From the IMG/VR virus record IMGVR_UViG_3300021399_000034, positions 1 to 41,484 of that record: a stretch of 41,484 nt of DNA. One strand, 5' to 3'. The notes below the pieces were generated by a model. It was not told the origin of the DNA and did not search any database. It saw nothing but the letters and a program-made list of their open reading frames with translations. The translations under genes and the position numbers were made by a program. The stretch is from a virus. Positions 30,745 through 38,444 of the stretch are shown here, piece by piece (position 1 is the stretch's first letter; each line of letters opens with the position of its first letter).

Positions 30745-30843
30745 GTGTAGGATAAGTGTAGGATAAAGGTACATTTATATAAAATGTCTATAGAAAAAAT
30801 AGTCCTATAGGGATTTTATGAAAATGCACGATTATCCTACACT
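30745..30843 (+). repeat. Inverted-repeat element, copy 2 (87-bp core plus an extra tandem GTGTAGGATAA)
   Basis: GTGTAGGATAA occurs twice in tandem (30745-30755 and 30756-30766). The left arm 30757-30776 is identical to 11442-11461. The right arm 30821-30843 matches 11505-11527 at 22 of 23 bases. Confidence 0.85.
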
Positions 30844-30890
30844 CTTTTTATAAGCCGTTGAAATTCTTTCAAAATAATTTAAAAAATATA

Positions 30891-30919
30891 TTTACATCAT
30901 GCCTTGATGGTGGTAGTAT
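30891..30919 (+). promoter_or_regulatory. Early promoter P2
   Basis: TTTACA (30891-30896), a 17-nt spacer ending TGGTGG, then TAGTAT (30914-30919). It is paralogous to P3 at 38368-38396. Confidence 0.6.
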
Positions 30920-30986
30920 ATTACTAGAAACAGAAAACACGAACCCAAATAGGAGGTCAGACCGTTAATCACAGAAAGGAGGCGCA

Positions 30987-31166
30987 ATGACATTAGGTGA
31001 GCGGATGGTAAGATACCGAGCCAAGAATCGGATCACGCAGACAGAGTTGGCTCAGAGATGCGGAGTTACTCTCCAGACCATCTCAAATGTGGAGCGAGGG
31101 ATTCAAGACCCAAGCAGGGTCACAGTTCAGAAGATTGAACTGGTAATTGATGAAGATCAGCAGTAA
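30987..31166 (+). CDS. XRE-family (Cro-like) HTH transcriptional regulator (59 aa)
   Basis: MTLGERMVRYRAKNRITQTELAQRCGVTLQTISNVERGIQDPS... SD AAGGAGG. It is below the ORF-track cutoff. Confidence 0.8.
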   Translation: MTLGERMVRYRAKNRITQTELAQRCGVTLQTISNVERGIQDPSRVTVQKIELVIDEDQQ

Positions 31167-31192
31167 TTAAAAATAAACAGGAGGATTTTAAA

Positions 31193-31540
31193 ATGCTGAA
31201 TATTACAAGTCATAACGGGGAATCAAAAATTAAGGTTGAAGGAAGCATCATAGAGATTACATACGATCCGGTAAGAGGACTGATTAAGTTTAAGTCTCTT
31301 GCAGAGCAGAATGAGATGTGCGCAGATATGCTGTTAGGCTTCTGCAAATACGCACTTCCGAAATTAGCCGATCCAGAGGTTGATCTGGATGAGGCTGCGA
31401 AAGAGCACAGGAAAGCCGCACAGGAAGAAGCCAAGAAATCATCTCTGAAGCAGATCATCAAGGAAATGATCAAGGATGATGATGGGCTGATTAAGACAAT
31501 CAGAGATATTCTGGATGATCTGGAGGATGACGGCAAATGA
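31193..31540 (+). CDS. Hypothetical early protein with an acidic C-terminus (115 aa)
   Basis: Strong SD AGGAGGA. It ends MIKDDDGLIKTIRDILDDLEDDGK. Confidence 0.65.
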   Translation: MLNITSHNGESKIKVEGSIIEITYDPVRGLIKFKSLAEQNEMCADMLLGFCKYALPKLADPEVDLDEAAKEHRKAAQEEAKKSSLKQIIKEMIKDDDGLIKTIRDILDDLEDDGK

Positions 31541-32301
31541 AGTACAGTATTTCAAGAATAAAACTCTTCAAGTCTTGTAGGAGAGCGTATGAGTTGAAAT
31601 ACATCGAGGGTCTGGAGCCAGTCCAGAAAGCGGATTCGCTCCAGACAGGACTCAGCTATCATGCGAAGATAGAAGAGTTCTACAAGACAGGCGAAGTTCC
31701 GCAGGATGAAGACATTAAGACTACGGCAATGGCGATGGCATATGTTAAATACATTGCTCCGACAGTCAAGATTGTGGAATGTGAAAAGTGGGTTGAATGG
31801 AATCCGAATAGTGCGATCTATAAAGACAGTCTGATAGGTCGCATAGATGGAATTACTGAAGACGGGGTGCTTGTGGAGCACAAAACCACATCGGGAGAAA
31901 TTGGCGAAGATTATGAGTACATGCTTCAGTGGGATGAGCAGTTACTGGCATATATGCTCATGACAGGCGCAAGAGAGATGTGGTATACGGTATGTCGTAA
32001 GCCTACGATCAGACAGAAGAAGAACGAGACTGATGAAGAGTTCCTGCGGAGATGTGTAGAGTGGTTTGATGAAGATACGGACAGTAAGATCAAGCTGATG
32101 TCTATACAGAGAAGTGACGAGGAAGTTACCGAATTTAGGTATGAAATCGTGCGCATGATGGCGTTAATTGATGAAGCCAAACACTACTACAAAAACACGG
32201 CATACTGCAAGCATTGGGGACGCATGTGCGATTATGCAGGAGTGTGTTTGCATTACGATCCTAAGCAGGAATATGTCGATTATGAAAGGGTGAAAAGATG
32301 A
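31537..32301 (+). CDS. PD-(D/E)XK nuclease, Cas4/RecB-exonuclease-like with a 4-Cys cluster
   Basis: N-terminal Cys (FKSCRRAY), GRIDGI...LVEHKT (D...ExK), and C-terminal CKHWGRMCDYAGVC. Confidence 0.8.
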   Translation: MKYSISRIKLFKSCRRAYELKYIEGLEPVQKADSLQTGLSYHAKIEEFYKTGEVPQDEDIKTTAMAMAYVKYIAPTVKIVECEKWVEWNPNSAIYKDSLIGRIDGITEDGVLVEHKTTSGEIGEDYEYMLQWDEQLLAYMLMTGAREMWYTVCRKPTIRQKKNETDEEFLRRCVEWFDEDTDSKIKLMSIQRSDEEVTEFRYEIVRMMALIDEAKHYYKNTAYCKHWGRMCDYAGVCLHYDPKQEYVDYERVKR

Positions 32302-33029
32302 ATATAAAGAGCCTTAACGAAGCCAAAGTGGACAATACTTATACAGCATTATTTTATTGTCCGCCCGGAGTGGGAAAGAGCACGGCAATAGGCTTGATTG
32401 CAGAAGCAAGTGAGGGCAGAACGCTTGTGCTTGATGTGGATAGGACGATCACAAAGACGCTTGCGAAAAAAGAGGTGGTCAAGGATACCAGTAAGATTCT
32501 TCTGGAACAGATCGATAACATCAATACATTTGATGAGTGGACGAAGACGCTGAGTGAGATTGATATCATGTATCATAATGGTGAACTGAAAAAGATGAAT
32601 GTGCGTACAATCGCAGTCGATAACATCTCGGAACTGCAGAGGTGCATTCTCAGTGATCTCGGCTCAAAGGGCAAGAATAAAGGCGTTCCTGCTATGGGAG
32701 ACTATCAGTATATGCAGTTCAAATTAGTGAACAGCCTGAGGATGATGAAATCTTGGGGAGTGAATATAATTTGGACAGCATGGGAAACCACAGAGCAGTT
32801 TACGAACCCGGACGGAAATCAGTATAGCCGTTTGTATCCTCAGTGTTCAGCAAAGATCGTAGATAATATCTGCGGACTATGCGATGTGGTCGGAAAAATC
32901 TTTGTAAACAAAGATGGAGTTCATGGCATCCAGTTAGAAGCCACTCAGAATGTTTACGCAAAGAATCAGATCGACAGTCGTAAGGCTTGCAGGATCGAGG
33001 ACTTTGTGAATTTTAGGAGGGCTGAATAA
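32298..33029 (+). CDS. RecA-fold AAA ATPase (Sak4-like recombination protein)
   Basis: Walker A FYCPPGVGKST and Walker B-like TLVLDVD. Its context with a Cas4-like nuclease and a DUF669-like protein supports the call. Confidence 0.7.
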   Translation: MNIKSLNEAKVDNTYTALFYCPPGVGKSTAIGLIAEASEGRTLVLDVDRTITKTLAKKEVVKDTSKILLEQIDNINTFDEWTKTLSEIDIMYHNGELKKMNVRTIAVDNISELQRCILSDLGSKGKNKGVPAMGDYQYMQFKLVNSLRMMKSWGVNIIWTAWETTEQFTNPDGNQYSRLYPQCSAKIVDNICGLCDVVGKIFVNKDGVHGIQLEATQNVYAKNQIDSRKACRIEDFVNFRRAE

Positions 33030-33181
33030 TGTGGAAAGTTATTATTGGTCAGATCGGTGGAAGAGTTCAGTTTGGTTTTAATGAAATGAGTGATGCATTG
33101 GATTTTGCAAGCACGTGTGCAGAATGCGGTGATAAAGGTACTATCATTACGATTCTTGAAGATGAAGATGAGGAGGATTAA
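33029..33181 (+). CDS. Hypothetical small acidic protein (50 aa)
   Basis: MWKVIIGQIGGRVQFGFNEMSDALDFASTCAECGDKGTIITILEDEDEED*. SD AGGAGG. It is below the ORF-track cutoff. Confidence 0.45.
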   Translation: MWKVIIGQIGGRVQFGFNEMSDALDFASTCAECGDKGTIITILEDEDEED

Positions 33182-33184
33182 AAC

Positions 33185-33616
33185 ATGGCTTGGAATTATC
33201 AGAGAGAGGAACAGCAGTTTCAGCAGATTCCAGAAGGTAGGTATCGCATCAGAGTGAAGTCGGCAGAGAAAGCCGTTTCCAAAAAAGGAAACGATATGCT
33301 TGCGCTTCAGTTCGAGGTTTCTGGAAAGACGCAGATTCTTTACCATTACATCAGTTTCTTGGATGACCGTCCGGAGATTACGAACAGGATGCTCACAGCG
33401 TTCTTCGACAGCTTTCCTGCTATTGAAGAGGGCGACTTCAACATGGCTCACTGGATTGGCAAGGCAGGAGCTTGCATGGTGAAGCATGATGAAGACGGCA
33501 GAGCCAGAATCAGCTATTTCATTAAGGCTGACAAGCAGGGTGATCTTCCTGCATGGCATGATGCAGGCAATGATCCAGTAGTCTCGGGAGCAGATGACTG
33601 GACACCATTTGACTAA
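33185..33616 (+). CDS. DUF669-like putative ssDNA-binding protein
   Basis: 143 aa. IPEGRYRIRVKSAE...MLALQFEV, with an SSB-like acidic tip DDWTPFD. It follows the Sak4-like ATPase. Confidence 0.55.
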   Translation: MAWNYQREEQQFQQIPEGRYRIRVKSAEKAVSKKGNDMLALQFEVSGKTQILYHYISFLDDRPEITNRMLTAFFDSFPAIEEGDFNMAHWIGKAGACMVKHDEDGRARISYFIKADKQGDLPAWHDAGNDPVVSGADDWTPFD

Positions 33617-33669
33617 GGCTTGAAAGAGGGCTCTGGGAAACCAGAGTCCTCGATTTTTCAGAGGTGGAT

Positions 33670-34032
33670 ATGAACAACAAAAAGTTAGGGACAGCGTTTG
33701 AGCGGGAGATGGTGAAGATTCTATCAGAGAATGGATACTGGGTACACTTCATCAGTCCAGACAACAGAGGCGCACAGCCTTTTGACATCATAGCAGTTAA
33801 GAATGGAATTGCTCTGGCGGCAGACTGCAAGACCTGTGAAGATCATATCTTTAGAATCAGCAGACTTGAATGGAATCAGAGGCTTGCTTTCCAGAAGTGG
33901 ATTGACTGTGGAAATGTGATGCCAGTTATTTTCGTGAAATATCATCATAATGAGAAAATTTGCATGATTGATTATGACAGGCTCGTGAAAGACGAAAAGG
34001 TGGATTTGAATGAAATTTCTGGTTGGCAATAA
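33670..34032 (+). CDS. Holliday-junction resolvase (Hjc-like PD-(D/E)XK)
   Basis: GTAFEREMVKIL...GAQPFDIIAVKNG...AADCKT. I prefer ATG 33670 over the GTG at 33664. Confidence 0.65.
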   Translation: MNNKKLGTAFEREMVKILSENGYWVHFISPDNRGAQPFDIIAVKNGIALAADCKTCEDHIFRISRLEWNQRLAFQKWIDCGNVMPVIFVKYHHNEKICMIDYDRLVKDEKVDLNEISGWQ

Positions 34033-35389
34033 AATCATTGCGAAGGGAGTTACAAGAGAACTTCATAATTGGTGCATGGACAATCTGGTGCTGTTCAATC
34101 CAGACTACGCCAAGAAAGAGCGCATGGGTCTGTGGACTGGTAGCACTCCAAGGAATATCTTTCTCTATGAGAAGAATGGCTCAGACTTGATTCTTCCGTT
34201 CGGATGTATAGCGCAGTTAAGGTCAAGGTTCCCAGATGCCCAATTTATGGCTCAGAATCGCCCCAGAATCGCTTTTAACTATCGTTCCCATATTTCTCTA
34301 TACCCATACCAAGAGAACGCAGTCTTGAAGGCGCTAGAGGGCAAAAATGGCATACTCGTCATGCCGTGCGGAGCAGGAAAGACGCAGACAGGTCTGGAAG
34401 TGGTTGCCAGAATAGGCGGCAGGGCGTTATGGCTGACCCATACGCAGGACTTACTGAATCAGAGCATGAACAGGGCGAAGTCAGTATTCGGATGTCCTTT
34501 GAGCAGTTACGGAACGATCACTAACGGTAAGGTGAATATTGGAGAGGGAATCACATTCGCCACAGTGCAGACTATGAGTAAGCTTGACCTTACTGAATAC
34601 AAAGATTTTTGGGATGTGGTAATTGTGGATGAATGTCACAGAGCCATTGGATCACCTACGAAGGTGATGCAGTTTTACAAGGTGCTTTCTAACTTGTCAT
34701 GCAGATACAAGTTCGGTTTGACAGCCACACCGAAAAGAGCAGATGGTCTTGAGAAAGCGATGTTTGCTTTGATAGGTGATGTACTCTGTGAGGTATCTAA
34801 AAAAGAGGTCGCCAATACAACGTGTCCTGTTGTGGTCATAACTATGGAGACTGGGTACAAGCCGAATACAGACATGGCTCTTGCGGGAGATGGAACGATT
34901 AACTACGCGGGGCTTGTGAATGATCTTACTCATGACGAGAAGCGAATGAAGGTCGTATCGGAAGTGCTGAATCATAACTGCAATGCGGCTACGCTTGTGC
35001 TTTCGAACAGGGTAGAATATCTCAGACTGTTGCAAAGAGAGTATCAGCGTGATTCAGTGTGCTTATCTATGCTTGGGAACAGCAAAGCCGCAAAGGCAGA
35101 ACGGAAAGAGGCTCTTAGAAAGTTGAATGATGGAGAGATAAGTTGTGTCTTTGCTACGTATGCCTTGGCTCGTGAAGGACTCGATGTGCCAAACTTGCGA
35201 TATGTAGTATTTGCTACGCCAGAGAAAGACCCTACAACTATTCAACAGGCATCTGGGAGAGTCGGCAGGAAAGCAGATGGAAAAGAGTTTGGGACGGTCA
35301 TAGATTTCGTAGATGATTTTGGTATGTATTATGGTTGGGCAAGCAAGCGCCAGAAGACATATCGAAAACTTGGATACGATTTATGTTGA
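34010..35389 (+). CDS. DEAD/DEAH-box SF2 helicase
   Basis: Walker A MPCGAGKTQT, motif II VIVDECH, TATP, and a helicase-C region with QQASGRVGR. Confidence 0.85.
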   Translation: MKFLVGNKIIAKGVTRELHNWCMDNLVLFNPDYAKKERMGLWTGSTPRNIFLYEKNGSDLILPFGCIAQLRSRFPDAQFMAQNRPRIAFNYRSHISLYPYQENAVLKALEGKNGILVMPCGAGKTQTGLEVVARIGGRALWLTHTQDLLNQSMNRAKSVFGCPLSSYGTITNGKVNIGEGITFATVQTMSKLDLTEYKDFWDVVIVDECHRAIGSPTKVMQFYKVLSNLSCRYKFGLTATPKRADGLEKAMFALIGDVLCEVSKKEVANTTCPVVVITMETGYKPNTDMALAGDGTINYAGLVNDLTHDEKRMKVVSEVLNHNCNAATLVLSNRVEYLRLLQREYQRDSVCLSMLGNSKAAKAERKEALRKLNDGEISCVFATYALAREGLDVPNLRYVVFATPEKDPTTIQQASGRVGRKADGKEFGTVIDFVDDFGMYYGWASKRQKTYRKLGYDLC

Positions 35390-35430
35390 CTTTTATGTTA
35401 GATTATGTAAGGATATAGACGGTGGATTGC

Positions 35431-35646
35431 ATGACAAAAACAAAGAAGGTTGAAAGTAAAAAACAGAATCCTGATATATGTTTTCGCACTGAGACGGGCT
35501 ATGATGTCCGTCTCAGGTGGGAAGGTGCTGAATATAGGGCGCAGATGGATAAGCATAAAGGAATGGGTTTTGTTGATATGAGACTTGGATCATGCAATCC
35601 TGAGCCGTTGAAAAAGTATATTTTAGAAAGGAGAAAAGATGGCTGA
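35431..35646 (+). CDS. Hypothetical small basic protein (71 aa)
   Basis: ATG 35431 (the ORF track uses the GTG at 35422). It overlaps the start of the next HTH gene. Confidence 0.5.
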   Translation: MTKTKKVESKKQNPDICFRTETGYDVRLRWEGAEYRAQMDKHKGMGFVDMRLGSCNPEPLKKYILERRKDG

Positions 35647-35818
35647 CGAAAAGTGTTATAACATCATTAAAACTGCAGAACTGCTTGGTATTAAGGTGCG
35701 AACGGTAAGGCAGTGGATAAGGGATGGTAAGATTAATGCCTTCAAGTACGATGTGAGCAACAGATGGTTTATTCCTGAAAGCGAGATTACGAGGCTGAAG
35801 AATGGTAACAAGGATTGA
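35639..35818 (+). CDS. Small HTH DNA-binding protein (excisionase/MerR-like HTH_17 type, 59 aa)
   Basis: MADEKCYNIIKTAELLGIKVRTVRQWIRDGKINAF...RWFIPESEI. SD AAAGGAGAAAA. It is below the ORF-track cutoff and is a paralogue type of 4760..4945. Confidence 0.65.
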   Translation: MADEKCYNIIKTAELLGIKVRTVRQWIRDGKINAFKYDVSNRWFIPESEITRLKNGNKD

Positions 35819-36072
35819 GAACATTCCAAATAAGTATACCGTTTATATGCATATTACTCCAAGTAACAAACGATATATTGTGATAACTTGTCAGGATGTC
35901 CAACAAAGATGTATCGATGATGGACAAGTATTTGAGAGCATGACTGCGGCAGGAAAAGAGTATGGAATCAATAAAACGCTAATATGCAGGGGCTTGCAGT
36001 GGAAGGAATAAAACTGCAAAAGGATTGCGTTTTGAATATGTAAACAAGGAGGAAAGTAAAGAAAATGTATGA
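35802..36072 (+). pseudogene. Decayed free-standing GIY-YIG/NUMOD-type homing endonuclease
   Basis: The N-terminus YTVYMHITPSNKRYIVIT has the GIY-X10-YIG pattern. The catalytic core is missing. A NUMOD-like FESMTAAGKEYGINKTLI follows. The expected C-terminus ACSGRNKTAKGLRFEYV is readable only in the +1 frame (35983-36072). Confidence 0.6.
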
Positions 36073-38347
36073 GTCTGTTCCTGAAGAGCTGAAATTGATT
36101 CCAAATTGGGTAAACGCAACTTCCGACAAAATCCCCCGCGATCCCAAAACAGGGGCATATGCAAAAACAACTGATCCAACAACATGGGGGACATTTGAGG
36201 ATGCAGTTACGGCAAAGCAGAAATACGGTTTTGATCAGATAGGCTTTGTGTTTGATGGACATAATGGTTATTTTGGTGTCGATCTTGACCATTGCTTAGA
36301 TAACGTTGATTTTTGCGATGAGTTCGTGGAGACGCTACAGTCTTATGCGGAGATTTCTAGAAGCGGTTCAGGAATTCACATTATCTGTAAGGGCACATTG
36401 CCTGATGGAGCAAGACGCAAAGGCAATGTGGAAATGTACAGCGAGGGCAGATATTTTATCTGTACTGGCAATTTATATAATCAGAAATACAGACAGATAC
36501 AGGATTGCACAGAGCCGATCAAGATATTGCACAATAAATATCTTCCGTCTGATACGCCGAAGGTTGCGACACGAAAATTCGTAGAAATCAGCATGGATGA
36601 TCACGAAGTTATTGATAAGGCTAGAAATTGCAAGAGTGGTTATCTGTTTAATATCCTGTATTCCGGCAACTGGCAGGGCGTTTATTCATCGCAGAGTGAA
36701 GCTGACTTGGCTCTTTGCAATCAGTTAGCTTTCTGGACGCAGAAGAATCAGACGCAGATGGACAGGATATTCAGGTCAAGCGGTCTGATGCGTCCGAAAT
36801 GGGATGAACGGAGAGGCAGTTCTACTTATGGAAACATAACCATCGGCAAAGCTTGTGCGGCGTGTCAAGAGGTCTATGAGCCGAAGAAGTATGGGGATGA
36901 TACTGCCCTTGCGGTGGCACTCTTCGGTGATGGTACTGTGGGAGTGGAAGAGCCGAAGAAGCGGTATGATATGACCGACACGGGAAATGCTCACAGGCTT
37001 TATGACAGGTTTGGTGAGATCATCCATTATTCCTATAATCGTAAGAAATGGATGTACTGGGATGGCAAGATGTGGAGGACTGATGATTCTGGAGAGATTA
37101 AGAAACTTGCAGACGTTATATGTGAAGATATTAAACGAGAAGCCCTTCTGGAACAGGATGAGAAGACGCAGATGGATATGCTTAAATGGGCGACACGGAC
37201 AGCATCGAGCAAGGGAAAAGAGGCGATGATAAAAGAGTGTCAGCACTTGGATGGCATTCCTGCAGGTGTGGATGATTTCGATTCATATCCAGACTATATT
37301 AACTGCCAGAATGGAATCATTAATCTTCGAAATGGAGAGTTGCTTCCACATGACGCTAATTTTATGATGTCCAAGATATGCTACTCTGATTATGATATCT
37401 CTGGAAATCAGCCTGTCTTATGGCTCAGATTTCTGGATGATATTACGAATGGCAATAAAGAACTGCAGGAGTATATTCAGAGATCAGTTGGGTATTCTCT
37501 GACTGGATCAAACGAGGAGCAGTGTGCTTATTTCTTATATGGATTAGGAAACAACGGCAAGTCAACGTTTCTTGATACGCTTGCAGATCTGTTTGGCGGG
37601 TATGCGTCAAACGCTCAGCCAGAAACGATTATGATGAAACGCTTTGGTGGAGAGGGAGCGACATCGGATATCGCAAGGCTTAAAGGCGCAAGGTTTGTTA
37701 CGGCAGAAGAACCGACAGAAGGAGTGAGACTAAATGAGGGACTTCTGAAACAGCTTACTGGCGGTACGAAAGTTACTTGCAGGTTCCTCTACGGAGAAGA
37801 GTTTGAGTATACGCCAGAATTTAAAATCTGGATCGCAACGAATCATAAGCCTGTAGTCAGAGGTACTGATTTCGGTATCTGGAGACGGATCAAACTGATT
37901 CCTTTTGAGGTGAACATTCCGAAGGAAAAGGTCGATAAGAATCTTAAGTATAAGCTTCGTGCAGAGTTTCCGCAGATACTCAGATGGGCTGTGGAAGGTT
38001 GCATGAAATGGCGAGCGCATGGGATTACTGAACCGCAGTGCGTAACTGATGCCACAAAAGAGTATAAGCATGAGATGGATTTGCTTGCAGGATTCATTGA
38101 CCAGTGCGTGGAGATTGATTACGAGTGCGACGATAAGGTCATGGCAAATGATCTGTTCCGAGTGTACTGTAAATGGGCAAAAGAGAATAACGAGTATGAA
38201 ATGTCCTCAAAGAAGTTTTTCACTGAAGTAGGGAAGAAGCTTCCGGATAAAGGCAGGAATGCCAAGGGCATCTTCTATAAATACATACGGCTTACTGAGT
38301 ATGCAAAGTCGCAGGATCGCCAGTATCGATTCTCTGATTTTTATTGA
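36065..38347 (+). CDS. Primase-polymerase (AEP) fused to a P4/D5-family SF3 helicase
   Basis: The AEP motifs are GVDLDHC and SRSGSGIHI. The P4-type C-terminal domain has the Walker A GLGNNGKST. Confidence 0.88.
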   Translation: MYESVPEELKLIPNWVNATSDKIPRDPKTGAYAKTTDPTTWGTFEDAVTAKQKYGFDQIGFVFDGHNGYFGVDLDHCLDNVDFCDEFVETLQSYAEISRSGSGIHIICKGTLPDGARRKGNVEMYSEGRYFICTGNLYNQKYRQIQDCTEPIKILHNKYLPSDTPKVATRKFVEISMDDHEVIDKARNCKSGYLFNILYSGNWQGVYSSQSEADLALCNQLAFWTQKNQTQMDRIFRSSGLMRPKWDERRGSSTYGNITIGKACAACQEVYEPKKYGDDTALAVALFGDGTVGVEEPKKRYDMTDTGNAHRLYDRFGEIIHYSYNRKKWMYWDGKMWRTDDSGEIKKLADVICEDIKREALLEQDEKTQMDMLKWATRTASSKGKEAMIKECQHLDGIPAGVDDFDSYPDYINCQNGIINLRNGELLPHDANFMMSKICYSDYDISGNQPVLWLRFLDDITNGNKELQEYIQRSVGYSLTGSNEEQCAYFLYGLGNNGKSTFLDTLADLFGGYASNAQPETIMMKRFGGEGATSDIARLKGARFVTAEEPTEGVRLNEGLLKQLTGGTKVTCRFLYGEEFEYTPEFKIWIATNHKPVVRGTDFGIWRRIKLIPFEVNIPKEKVDKNLKYKLRAEFPQILRWAVEGCMKWRAHGITEPQCVTDATKEYKHEMDLLAGFIDQCVEIDYECDDKVMANDLFRVYCKWAKENNEYEMSSKKFFTEVGKKLPDKGRNAKGIFYKYIRLTEYAKSQDRQYRFSDFY

Positions 38348-38367
38348 AAATTTATTTAAAATATTTA

Positions 38368-38396
38368 TTGACATATAGTATTGTTGGTGGTAATAT
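38368..38396 (+). promoter_or_regulatory. Promoter P3 (paralogue of P2)
   Basis: TTGACA (38368-38373), a 17-nt spacer ending TGGTGG, then TAATAT (38391-38396). The downstream leader AAAACACAGAACCCACTAAGGAGGTCA resembles 30934-30959. Confidence 0.65.
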
Positions 38397-38444
38397 AATG
38401 ACATCAACAAACAAAACACAGAACCCACTAAGGAGGTCAAAACA

